From: an uncultured Chloroflexia bacterium
GTDB taxonomy: Bacteria > Chloroflexota > Chloroflexia > Thermomicrobiales > Thermomicrobiaceae
Reading direction: 5' to 3'
DNA: 64,000 nucleotides
NCBI GenBank assembly: GCA_963763185.1
Contig: CAVXNZ010000004.1
Span: forward strand, 10,791-74,790
Part shown: one piece after another, positions 55,020 to 64,000 of the stretch
Position numbering within the stretch: position 1 is the first letter of the stretch
How the letters are laid out: the number at the start of each line of letters is the position of its first letter
Translations under genes and position numbers: made by a program
The notes under the pieces: generated by a model
Seen by the model: the letters and a program-made list of their open reading frames with translations, nothing else
What the model was told of the DNA's origin: nothing
The model's database searches: none

Positions 55020-55441
55020 TACCCATACGGCCGCAATCGTCCGTACGCTGAGTACGTTCGCAGTCTACTTACCAGGAGGGCTGGGGTCAAATGTTGCCAA
55101 TCAGGCAAAGTGACAGGTTGGCACAGAATCTGGGCAGGTGTGAGCCGCTTGGAATCAAGCGAACGTACAGCTTTGCTGGCTTGACCGTGGTTATCTGCGC
55201 GGGAGACGCGCTACGGACAAGAAGCGTCTGTCTCTCGCGTGAGCGTCTGTTCAGGTCCCATGTGGCTGTGAGTCAAGATAGCCCGTTTAACGGGTATCGA
55301 ACGGGACCATTTGGCGGTAAGGTGTGAGGCTGGCGGAGCGCTCCACTTGTAACCAGATTTGAAAGGGCTCATGCTGTGACACAAACAGTTGACGTTGAAC
55401 CTGGGGTTCGCTCTTATCGGGTTGTGAGAAAGGGATCGACT

Positions 55442-56584
55442 ATGTCGAGCATACCGTCGCTGTCGTTTTCGAGAGACGAATACCGTTCGCGTGTTGACGC
55501 GGTACGGGCGAAACTTCGCGAACGTGGTGCCGACGTGGTCTTGATCGACGAGAAGGAGCACCTTGCGTATCTGACCGGATTCAGCCCGTCGGCCACGATG
55601 TATCAGGCCTGCATTTTGCCACTCGAGGGTGAGCCCGTCATGGTGCTTCGTCGACTCGATGAGACGACGATGACCGAATCGACCTGGCTTGAGCACTATG
55701 TCACCTTCCCGGACAACGCGAACCCGATGCAGATCGTCGCCGACACGCTCTCAGAACTCGGGTTGGCAAGCTCGAACGTCGCGCTGGAACTCGATTCACA
55801 CTATTTGACGCTCAAGCGGTTTGAAGCGCTCAAGAACGCGTTGCCGAATGCGACGTTTGTCGATTTCTCCGGTGTGCTCTGGGAGATGCGATTGCGCAAG
55901 TCGCCCGCGGAGATTGACCTGCTGCGCCGGGCTGCCCACGTCGCGGACCAGGCGATGGGTGCGGCGATTGAGACCGTGGGTGAAGGCGTCAACGAGCGTG
56001 AGGTAGCCACCAGAATCAGCAATATCTATCTGCAACACGGTGCCGATAGCGCCGACGTTGGGCTGATCGCCTCGGGAAAGCGAACTGACGCAATGCATGG
56101 TGGCCTGAGTCATCACGTGCTCCAGCCAGGCGATATTATCCACATTGAGCTGCTGCCGACGGTAGCAGGATACAGTGCCCGCATGATGCGGCCAGCCATC
56201 GTCGGGGTGCCGTCTGACACTCAGACATGGGCCGCGCGAGAACTGGTCCGGATTCAGGACGAGCAGATCGCGTCGATGCGCCCAGACGCTGTGGCGAGCG
56301 AAGTTGACCGGATCTGCCGGGAACAGGTGCTGGCGGCGGGTTTGCGTGGAATCTATGAGAATACAACCGGTTACACGCTTGGCTACTATGGTTCGCCACT
56401 CCCGGCGCGAACCAGCGATTTCACGCGCATCTTCGTTCCCGGCGCCGATTGGCGGCTCGAGCCGGGAATGGTGTTTCACATGTATACGAGCGGCGCCGGG
56501 ATGTCGTTCAGCGAGACGGTGCTGGTGACCGAGCATGGCCCCGAGCGTTTGACGTCGTTCGAGCGTCGTCTGTTCGAACGCTAG
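55442..56584 (+). CDS. M24 family Xaa-Pro peptidase / creatinase-like
   Basis: ATG at 55442 follows AAGGGA. A creatinase-like N-domain plus the pita-bread metal ligands (..GDIIHIEL.., ..HM..). Confidence 0.87.
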   Translation: MSSIPSLSFSRDEYRSRVDAVRAKLRERGADVVLIDEKEHLAYLTGFSPSATMYQACILPLEGEPVMVLRRLDETTMTESTWLEHYVTFPDNANPMQIVADTLSELGLASSNVALELDSHYLTLKRFEALKNALPNATFVDFSGVLWEMRLRKSPAEIDLLRRAAHVADQAMGAAIETVGEGVNEREVATRISNIYLQHGADSADVGLIASGKRTDAMHGGLSHHVLQPGDIIHIELLPTVAGYSARMMRPAIVGVPSDTQTWAARELVRIQDEQIASMRPDAVASEVDRICREQVLAAGLRGIYENTTGYTLGYYGSPLPARTSDFTRIFVPGADWRLEPGMVFHMYTSGAGMSFSETVLVTEHGPERLTSFERRLFER

Positions 56585-56609
56585 CCCGATGCCTGGCGAG
56601 GCCGGCGCG

Positions 56610-57584
56610 TCAGATCTCTCGCAGTGTCGGGTCGAGGATGTCGCGCAGCCAATCGCCGACCATATTGATGCCGAGGACCGCGATCATGATCGCGAGTCCA
56701 GGGAAGGTGATGACCCACCAGGCATTGTAGATGTAGAGGCGGCCGTCGTTCACCATCGAGCCCCAGGTCGGGATGGACGGATTCACGCCGAGTCCCAGGA
56801 AGCTCAGCGCCGCTTCCGTCAGCAGCACGAACGCCACCTGAAGCGTCGCAAGGACAATCACTGACGCGGCGACATTCGGCAGGATGTGACGCAGCAGGAT
56901 ACGCGGGCTTGATGCTCCGGCGACCCGCGCCGCGTCGACATACTGATTCTGTTTCACGGACAGAACCTGTCCGCGAACGAGGCGAGCGTACTGGACCCAG
57001 CCAGTCACAACGAGGACAAGAATCAGATTAAGGAGACCAGCTCCGAGGACGGAGATGATGGTAATGGCGAGCAGGATGAACGGGAAGGCCAGGAAGAGAT
57101 CGGCGACGCGCATGATGACCTCTTCGATCCACGACTCATAGTATCCGGCGATCAGTCCGACCAGGATGCCGGCCACGGCGGCCAGGATGGTGACGGTCAG
57201 ACCGATGAAGAGCGAGATCCGCGCGCCAAAGATGAGGCGGCTGAGAATGTCCCGGCCGACCGGATCGGTGCCAAGGAGGTATTTGGACGAACCGTTGGCT
57301 TCCCAGAGCGGGGGCGTATTGCGAGCCAGTAGGTCGGTTTTATTCGGATCGTGCGGCGCAAGAACGGGTGCGCCGATGGCCGAGATCACCATCACTAAGA
57401 TGATGAAGCCGCCGAAAATCGCCGATGGGTCGCTAAGGAAGCGCCCCCACCACGTATAGCGCCACGCGCGCGCTGTCTCTCGGACTTCGAGCAGGGCGTT
57501 GTCGACCTGCGAGGCTGTCACGTCCGATTCCTTCCGGATCATCACGTACTCACGAATACTGAATTCGCGGGTCGAGGAACCCAT
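56610..57584 (-). CDS. ABC transporter permease (DppC/OppC-like)
   Basis: 324-aa ORF with AARVAGASSPRILLRHILPN. Confidence 0.92.
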   Translation of the reverse strand: MGSSTREFSIREYVMIRKESDVTASQVDNALLEVRETARAWRYTWWGRFLSDPSAIFGGFIILVMVISAIGAPVLAPHDPNKTDLLARNTPPLWEANGSSKYLLGTDPVGRDILSRLIFGARISLFIGLTVTILAAVAGILVGLIAGYYESWIEEVIMRVADLFLAFPFILLAITIISVLGAGLLNLILVLVVTGWVQYARLVRGQVLSVKQNQYVDAARVAGASSPRILLRHILPNVAASVIVLATLQVAFVLLTEAALSFLGLGVNPSIPTWGSMVNDGRLYIYNAWWVITFPGLAIMIAVLGINMVGDWLRDILDPTLREI

Positions 57585-58485
57585 AGAGTAGGTCGACCGC
57601 CAGGTTGGCCAGAATCAGTACCGTCGCCAGGAGCGTCACGGCCGCTTGGACGATCGGATAGTCGCGTTTATTGATCGAATCGACGACGAGCCTGCCGACA
57701 CCGGGCCAGGAAAAGACGACTTCGACGATTACCGCACCGCCGAGTAGGAAGCCGATCTGCAGGCCGGCCAGGGTCGTCACCGGAATGAGTGCGTTGCGAA
57801 GCGCGTGACGGACGAGGATTTTGGATTCATTAAGCCCTTTGGCCCGCGCGGTCCGGACGTAGTCCGCCTGGAGAACGTCGAGCATGCTCGACCGCAGGAG
57901 CCGCGTCAGCGTCCCGGCGTAGACCACGCCGAGGGTGATGGCCGGCATGATCAAGGACTCGATGCTCATGCGTAGGCCCTCTCCACGTCCGGAGACCGGG
58001 AGCCATTTCAGCCGGACGCCGAAGAGCAGAATCAGCATCAGTCCGAGCCAGAAATTCGGGAAGGAGACGCCGATTAGGCTGACCAAACGGCTGACGAAAT
58101 CAGTCAAGCCGCCACGGTGGGCGGCTGACAGAATTCCAGTTGGAATCGCGATCAGTAACGCAAAGAGGTAGGCGACAACCGCGAGTTCGATCGTAGCGGG
58201 CATGCGCGACATAACTTCGTTGAACGCCGACGTCTTGTAAACCAGGGAACTGCCGAAATCGCCGCGGACCGCATGGGTAACAAAGCTGAAGTACTGCTGG
58301 TACAGGGGCAGATCGAGGTGCATCGCGTGCCGCAGCGCGTCGATGTCCTCTTTTGTTGGATTCCCCTGACTGAGCAGGATCTGAACGGGGTCGCCGGAAA
58401 GACGAAGCGCGACGAAGACGATGAGCGTGACACCCCAGAGAACCAAGATCGAATAGAGCAGACGGCGGATGATATACCGCGTCAT
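57550..58485 (-). CDS. ABC transporter permease (DppB/OppB-like)
   Basis: 311-aa ORF with RTARAKGLNESKILVRHALRNA. Confidence 0.92.
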   Translation of the reverse strand: MTRYIIRRLLYSILVLWGVTLIVFVALRLSGDPVQILLSQGNPTKEDIDALRHAMHLDLPLYQQYFSFVTHAVRGDFGSSLVYKTSAFNEVMSRMPATIELAVVAYLFALLIAIPTGILSAAHRGGLTDFVSRLVSLIGVSFPNFWLGLMLILLFGVRLKWLPVSGRGEGLRMSIESLIMPAITLGVVYAGTLTRLLRSSMLDVLQADYVRTARAKGLNESKILVRHALRNALIPVTTLAGLQIGFLLGGAVIVEVVFSWPGVGRLVVDSINKRDYPIVQAAVTLLATVLILANLAVDLLYGFLDPRIQYS

Positions 58486-58567
58486 CCTGGCGGACTACCC
58501 TCCATGATGGAGAGAGCGGGTGAGCGCCCTCTCCCAGACACATCTGTGTGATGACGTCCCGTTGTGG

Positions 58568-60385
58568 CTAGCCCTTGACCCAGGAGCCAACCCACCAGAG
58601 CCGCTCGTCCGGAGGGATCGAGAAGTTCTGGACTTTGTTGCTGACCCCCCAGAGGTAGGTCTGCTGGTAGAGCGCGACGTCGACGTAGTCGTCGTAGATC
58701 AGCTTGTTGCACTGCTTGGCGATCTCGAGGCGCTTGGCCTGATCGAGCGTGTTCCGCTCTTCGTCGAGCAGCTTGTCGAGGTCGGGGTTGGAGTAGCTCG
58801 GGTTGTACGACTGCTTGGTGTAGTACATGGAGTAGTACGTGTTGTCGTAGTCGAGCGTCCAACCGCCCCAGCCGAATGGAACGATGTTGTTCAACTTACC
58901 GGCCACGTAGTCATCGTAATAGGTCGCCGAGTCGTGCTGTTGAATCGTGACGTCGAATCCGACGGCGCCCAGCATGTCCTTGACCGCGTTCGCCATCTCC
59001 TTGGCCTGTGTGTCGGATCCGATGACGTCGTACGTGACCTTGACCGGTGACGACAGGCCCGCCGACTGGAGCGCCTGCTTAGCCTTGTCCGGGCTGTACT
59101 CATAGGGCGCGATGTCCTCGTAACCGAAGGAGAACGGGCTCTGCCAGATGGCGACCGGCTTGGCGTAACCTCCGAGGATTGTCTTCACGATGGTGTTGAG
59201 GTCGATCGCATGGGCGATGGCCATGCGAACCTCTTTCTTGTCGGTCGGCGCCTTGGACGCGTCGAGGCGCAGGCCCGAGACAGTCGGGACGCCGATGTCG
59301 ACGACCTGCAAATTCGGGTTGCCCTTGGCGGCATCCGCCTGGCTGACATTCAGCGTCAGGACGTCAATCGACCCCGCCAGGAACTCCGACAGACGGGTAT
59401 TGTCGTCCGGAATCACCCGATAGGTCAGCTTCTGGATCAGCGGTTTCTGCTTGCCCCAGTAACCGTCCCATGCCTCGAGTGTCAGATGATCGTCCTTGAC
59501 GTACTCGGTCGTCTTGTATGGGCCGGATCCGACCGTCGTGCCCGTGCTGAACTTCTGATCGTCTTTGACGGCATCAACCGGCGTGATGAATGCGCCATAG
59601 CCGGCGAGCTTGGTGATCATGACCGGGTCAACCGAGTTGAAGTGGAACTTGACTGTCTGGTCGTCAATAACTTCAACAGATTCGATCGCGGTGTAGTTGA
59701 AGGCCTGCGGCGACTTGTTCGCCTTGTCGAGCATGCGTTCGAAGGTCGATTTGACGCTGTCCGCGGCGAATTTCTCGCCGTCGTGGAAGGTGACGCCGGT
59801 TTTCAGCTTCATCGTGAGCGTCTTGTCATCCTCATAGTTCCACGATTCGGCGAGGCCGAAGCCGTCGGTGGGTGGAGGGTTGCCATTCTCGCCGTCGTAG
59901 AGCACAAGATTGGTATCGCGCCAGACGAGCGGGCTGAAGACGTTGGTCTCCCAGCGCCCGTTGTTGAGAGAGTAGGTGTCGATTGGGTCCAGGCTCGTCG
60001 GGTCGAACGCGAGCGCGATCTTGAGCTCGCCACTGGCAGACGAAGGTGCAGTTCCACCACCGTTGACCAGCTTGGCGGTTCCGGACGTCGATCCCGACCC
60101 AGTTCCTGGCGTTCCGGCTGAACTCGGCGTGGCGGCTGAGGTCGCGGCAGACGTGGCGGTGCTGCCGGTTCCGCCGGACGCCGCGGTACTGGCTGGTGAC
60201 GAATTGCTCGAGCCGCCACAGGCGGCAAGCAGTGCTTGTACGGCCGCGATACCGGCAACGCCACCAGACAGGCGCAGGAAATCGCGGCGGGAAACTTGCC
60301 GGCCAACGACAAAGAAGCTCGACGACTCACCTGAACCGTCGGCGGGATCGCCCTGCGGCGGTTGATTATTGAACTTTCGACTCAT
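58568..60385 (-). CDS. ABC transporter substrate-binding protein, family 5, TAT-lipoprotein
   Basis: 605-aa ORF with SRRDFLRLSGG and lipobox LLAACGG. Confidence 0.92.
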   Translation of the reverse strand: MSRKFNNQPPQGDPADGSGESSSFFVVGRQVSRRDFLRLSGGVAGIAAVQALLAACGGSSNSSPASTAASGGTGSTATSAATSAATPSSAGTPGTGSGSTSGTAKLVNGGGTAPSSASGELKIALAFDPTSLDPIDTYSLNNGRWETNVFSPLVWRDTNLVLYDGENGNPPPTDGFGLAESWNYEDDKTLTMKLKTGVTFHDGEKFAADSVKSTFERMLDKANKSPQAFNYTAIESVEVIDDQTVKFHFNSVDPVMITKLAGYGAFITPVDAVKDDQKFSTGTTVGSGPYKTTEYVKDDHLTLEAWDGYWGKQKPLIQKLTYRVIPDDNTRLSEFLAGSIDVLTLNVSQADAAKGNPNLQVVDIGVPTVSGLRLDASKAPTDKKEVRMAIAHAIDLNTIVKTILGGYAKPVAIWQSPFSFGYEDIAPYEYSPDKAKQALQSAGLSSPVKVTYDVIGSDTQAKEMANAVKDMLGAVGFDVTIQQHDSATYYDDYVAGKLNNIVPFGWGGWTLDYDNTYYSMYYTKQSYNPSYSNPDLDKLLDEERNTLDQAKRLEIAKQCNKLIYDDYVDVALYQQTYLWGVSNKVQNFSIPPDERLWWVGSWVKG

Positions 60386-61041
60386 CTGTTCCTCCCAAGA
60401 ATGGCTTCATTTCGACTGGACCTTCAACTCGTGATTGGCTGTTCACGTGTCAGGTGATCAGTACGGGATAACCACCTCACTCTTCTATCCGGTCGTGACG
60501 ATGTGACATCGTTGACGTCGCTGGCAGCATCATATTCGTCGCGATCAGTCAAAATGTCCGCGGCATGGATTCACCGGGACGAAGCCACCTGGTCACACCG
60601 GAGCACCCAGAATCCGAGCACGCTCCCGGTGCCAGCACGGCATCGACCGCGCCACCTCTGGAGCTTTTCTGCTTTTCGCATGTCGTCGTGTCATTTGCGT
60701 GATTTCGTGCGATTTTCAGATCCACGCGTACACGCACCGGTATCCCAGCCGGACCGTGTGAAATCCGAATTTACTCTAGGTCCGTGATGATGGGCTGTCA
60801 AGAACGCCTTCAAAGACCAGTCCGTTTGCTGAATCAGTGACCGGACGAGACATTGATGATTGCGATCGGCAGTGCTCGGCTGAGCGTAAAGCCTGTCTAC
60901 CGGAGTGTTCGTGGGTGAGAGGAGCGCGCCAGAATCCGCGAAATCGGGTATAAGATCGACGGTCATGCTGGTTGCGAGATGACCGAGCACGTTTAATGCA
61001 TCGTGGTGAGCCTGGGCGAACAAGACACAGATGGGAATGGG

Positions 61042-63048
61042 ATGGCAAAGCGACTGGTTGGCGTCGACACCGGAGGGACCTTCACCGATTTCGTTCTGCT
61101 GAACGGAGGCCGGATCGGCGTTCACAAGGTTCTGTCCACGCCGGACGATCCGGCACGTGCGATTTTGCAAGGACTGGATGAGCTTGGCGCGCGGGACAAC
61201 CTCGGTGCGCTCGTCCATGGTTCGACGGTCGCAACCAATGCCGTGCTGGAGCGCAAGGGCGTCCGAACTGGGCTGATAACGACCGAGGGATTTCGAGACG
61301 TGCTCGAGATTGGGCGGCAGACTCGGCCGAAGCTCTACTCGATTCGGGTCGAGCGGGAGCCCGCGCTGGTACCGCGCGACCTGCGTGTGGAGGTGACCGA
61401 GCGACTCGACGAGCTTGGCGACGAGCTTATTCCGCTCGATGACGCGACGGTCGACGAGGCGATTGAACTGCTGAAGTTGGCCGATGTGCGCTCGGTCGCG
61501 GTCTGCCTTCTCTTCAGCTTCGCCAATCCGGACCATGAGCGGCGGGTTGTGCTGGCCGCGCGGGCGGCTGGCTTCCACGTCTCCGCCTCGTCGGAGGTGT
61601 TGCCCGAATTTCGCGAATACGAGCGGACCAGCACCGTTGTCCTGAATGCCTATGTGGCGCCGATCATGGATCGCTATCTCGGCCGCCTCGAAGGTTCGCT
61701 TCCGACAGATGTTCCCCTGCGCATCATGCAGTCGAACGGCGGCTCGATCTCGGCCGCGACGGCGCGTCAGGAAGCGGCGCGGACGCTGCTGTCTGGTCCG
61801 GCAGCGGGTGTGGTTGGGGCAGCCTATGTGGCCAGCGCGGCCGGTTTCGACCAGTCGATCTCCTTCGATATGGGCGGTACGTCAACCGATGTGGCGCTGA
61901 TCGACGGTGGTGTGTCGGAGACGACCGATGGGAGTATCGGCGGGCATCCGAGCAAACTCCCCATGATTGACATTCACACGGTGGGCGCTGGAGGCGGGAG
62001 CATCGCCTGGTTCGACAGCGGCGGAGCGCTGCGGGTTGGACCGCAATCGGCCGGAGCCGATCCCGGACCGGCGGCCTATGGACGCGGCGGGACCGAACCG
62101 ACTGTCACCGATGCGAATGTCGTGTTGGGGCGATTGATTCCGGATGCATTCCTTGGCGGAGGGATGCGGCTCGACCGGGACGCGGCCCTGGCGGCGGTCG
62201 GCAAGATCGCCGAACGGCTCGAGTCGTCGGTCGAAGAGGCCGCGCTCGGCATGGTCCGCGTGGCCAACGCCAACATGGAGGCGGCGATTCGCGTGATTTC
62301 GGTCGAACGCGGCCACGACCCGCGACTCTTCACGCTCGTTGCCTTTGGTGGTGCCGGACCGCTCCATGCCTGCGAATTGGCCAGTGCGCTGCGAATTCCT
62401 CGGGTTCTGGTCCCTTCGGCGCCGGGCGTACTCTCGGCGCTCGGAATGCTTGCGGCGGACATCCTCAAGGATTACGTGCAGACGGTGATGGTGACGTCAG
62501 GCGACGCTGCCGGACGAATCGAGCCGATCTTCGCCCATCTCGAAGAACGGGGACGGCACGACCTCGCGCGTGAGGGGATTGAGCCGGAGCGAACCGTCAT
62601 TGAACGCTATCTGGATCTGCGATACGTCGGGCAGTCCTATGAACTGGTCGTACCGTATGAAGGAGATCTCCAGTCGGCGGTTGCCGGATTCCACGAGGCA
62701 CATGATCGCCGCTTCGGTTACAGCGATCCGACCGAGCGTGTTCAGGTCGTCAACGTGCGGCTGAAGGCACGAGGCGTGGCGGAGCGTCCAGAGATCGAAC
62801 GAAGCCCGCTCCAACCAGCGGCAACGGCTGAGCCGGTTCAGACGCGTCCCGCCGTCTTCAGCGGCGAATCAGGCGCAACGGTGTACGACACGCCGATCTA
62901 CGACCGTCCAACGCTGGCTCCGGGCGTGGCGATCGACGGTCCGGCCATCGTGACACAATACGATACGACGACGGTGCTACCACCGGGCTGGCGGCTGACG
63001 GTCGACGAAACGCGGAGTCTGGTGGCCGAGCAGTTGCAAACGGGCTAA
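61042..63048 (+). CDS. hyuA: hydantoinase/oxoprolinase A-type (HyuA, acetone-carboxylase-beta-like) protein
   Basis: ATG at 61042 (MAKRLVGVDTGGTFTDFVLL). 668 aa within track ORF 61003..63048. Confidence 0.9.
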   Translation: MAKRLVGVDTGGTFTDFVLLNGGRIGVHKVLSTPDDPARAILQGLDELGARDNLGALVHGSTVATNAVLERKGVRTGLITTEGFRDVLEIGRQTRPKLYSIRVEREPALVPRDLRVEVTERLDELGDELIPLDDATVDEAIELLKLADVRSVAVCLLFSFANPDHERRVVLAARAAGFHVSASSEVLPEFREYERTSTVVLNAYVAPIMDRYLGRLEGSLPTDVPLRIMQSNGGSISAATARQEAARTLLSGPAAGVVGAAYVASAAGFDQSISFDMGGTSTDVALIDGGVSETTDGSIGGHPSKLPMIDIHTVGAGGGSIAWFDSGGALRVGPQSAGADPGPAAYGRGGTEPTVTDANVVLGRLIPDAFLGGGMRLDRDAALAAVGKIAERLESSVEEAALGMVRVANANMEAAIRVISVERGHDPRLFTLVAFGGAGPLHACELASALRIPRVLVPSAPGVLSALGMLAADILKDYVQTVMVTSGDAAGRIEPIFAHLEERGRHDLAREGIEPERTVIERYLDLRYVGQSYELVVPYEGDLQSAVAGFHEAHDRRFGYSDPTERVQVVNVRLKARGVAERPEIERSPLQPAATAEPVQTRPAVFSGESGATVYDTPIYDRPTLAPGVAIDGPAIVTQYDTTTVLPPGWRLTVDETRSLVAEQLQTG

Positions 63049-64000
63049 GCGGCGCCGTCTTTGTGCTCGTGCGTGATTGGAATCGTGACGCGAAACGTGG
63101 TCGCACCCGGTTCGGATTCGACCTCGATCATTCCGTGGTGTTCTTCGGTGACGATGCGCCAGGCGATGTCGAGACCCAAACCGGTTCCGTGTCCCTGATC
63201 TTTCGTCGTGAAGAACGGCTCGAAGATGCGAGTGAGGATCTCCGGTGGCATTCCCGGGCCGTCATCCGTGATCTCAACGACGGCGTTTCCGTCCGATCGA
63301 CACGAGCGAATAGTAATCGCGCCGTGTTCATCGAGCGCGTCGGCGGCGTTGTCGAGGATGTTCGTCCAGACCTGATTCAGGCCGCTGCCGTGGACCATGA
63401 CTGGGGGGATCGATCGATCGTACTCGCGTCGCACCGACACGTCTTTCAGGCGGTGCGCTAGGATGACCAGGGTGTTCTCGATCCCGTCGTGAATATCGAC
63501 GGTCTGTTCCACCGCCCGATCCATGTAGGAGTAGGCCTTCACCGCACTCACCAACTCCGAGATGCGGCGGGTGCTGCGCATGATGACATCGGTCAGATCC
63601 CGGGTCTCGATCGTGCCGACGATCTGCGCGATAGCTGGGACAATCGCCGAGCCTGGGAGAAAGACTTCCAGATCATCAAGCTGCGTTCGCGTGAACCCGG
63701 CCTGAACCAGCGTGGAACCCAGTTCCCAGCTTCGCTGGAATTGTCGATCCGAGAGCCATGACTCGAGGTCCTCCTCGATCTCACTCAGCATGAGCGGATC
63801 GTCACTTCGTTCGAATGTCTCCGCGTTGGTGATCTGTAACAGCACGGTATTGAGCATCTTGCACTGCTCGACGCTGAGGCCCTCGGCAATCAGCTCGCGC
63901 AAGATCTGTTGCTGCTGGGGCATGGCTTCAGCGAGACGAGCACTTGCGCGTTGGGCGGCGGCAGCCGGATTGTTGAGTTCGTGCGCCAGTCCGGCCGAAA
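63045..64000 (-). CDS. sensor histidine kinase; 5' end lies beyond the window edge
   Basis: HATPase_c blocks (NILDNA, DDGPGMP, GTGLGL). The frame stays open upstream of the track's Met at 63923 and encodes the H-box AGLAHELNNPAAAA. Its stop overlaps the hyuA stop (CTAA). Confidence 0.88.
   Translation of the reverse strand, partial: SAGLAHELNNPAAAAQRASARLAEAMPQQQQILRELIAEGLSVEQCKMLNTVLLQITNAETFERSDDPLMLSEIEEDLESWLSDRQFQRSWELGSTLVQAGFTRTQLDDLEVFLPGSAIVPAIAQIVGTIETRDLTDVIMRSTRRISELVSAVKAYSYMDRAVEQTVDIHDGIENTLVILAHRLKDVSVRREYDRSIPPVMVHGSGLNQVWTNILDNAADALDEHGAITIRSCRSDGNAVVEITDDGPGMPPEILTRIFEPFFTTKDQGHGTGLGLDIAWRIVTEEHHGMIEVESEPGATTFRVTIPITHEHKDGAA

Noticed and set aside
60691-61578. 295-aa minus-strand ORF.
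   Set aside because: It overlaps the 5' part of hyuA in antisense and then extends into the non-coding spacer. It has no motifs and is Arg-rich.
1-64000. Scan for tRNA, rRNA, tmRNA, CRISPR arrays, transposases and integrases.
   Set aside because: I saw no T-loop (GGTTCGAATCC-like) contexts outside coding frames, no regularly spaced repeats with unique spacers, and no recombinase-like ORFs. Absence by eye is not proof; tRNAscan-SE, Infernal and ISfinder runs would settle it.

Overview
This is a visibly GC-rich bacterial chromosomal segment with strong GC bias at third codon positions; I did not compute GC content. I support about 60 protein-coding genes. I found no rRNA, tRNA, CRISPR array, transposase or integrase by eye. 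The protein flavour (caa3-type oxidase, Pro/Thr linkers, TAT-lipoprotein binding proteins) fits Chloroflexota/Thermomicrobia or Actinobacteria, but taxonomy cannot be settled without a search.

Content from left to right:
- caa3-type cytochrome oxidase genes. Subunit I runs off the left edge and is missing from the ORF track.
- Two SDRs, an MBL hydrolase and an EamA transporter.
- A GAF-PAS-GGDEF cyclase, dCTP deaminase, and a PadR-controlled MacB/FtsX-type ABC exporter.
- An HcnA/HcnB-like iron-sulfur flavoprotein set and a frameshifted manA.
- nadE, an aldehyde dehydrogenase and an S51 peptidase.
- A small HEPN cassette inserted at the 3' end of an L,D-transpeptidase gene.
- A DsrE-TusA-SQR sulfur cluster, a PHP phosphatase and a 2-TM ion channel.
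- An lpd-E1alpha-E1beta-E2 2-oxoacid dehydrogenase operon.
- A five-gene plus-strand block: SWIM protein, degenerate secretion-type ATPase, ChlI-like AAA+, vWA protein and a small ORF.
- Two Opp/Dpp-type ABC importer operons, neither with an ATPase gene.
- An Lrp regulator, a split lipoate-protein ligase, RraA-like and dehydrogenase genes, a PLP Cys/Met enzyme, GGT, HAD, MFS, a LysM-SLT hydrolase, an M24 peptidase, hyuA, and a histidine kinase that runs off the right edge.

Most interesting observations:
1. The orphan chelatase-like AAA+/vWA operon and its SWIM/pseudo-ATPase neighbours.
2. The 27-bp direct repeats bracketing the HEPN two-gene cassette, whose HEPN gene carries an in-frame TAG.
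3. A roughly 280-nt structured leader in front of the MBL hydrolase gene, with a three-copy 9-mer arranged like a terminator/antiterminator switch.

All family calls come from motif recognition by eye. None were checked against a database.
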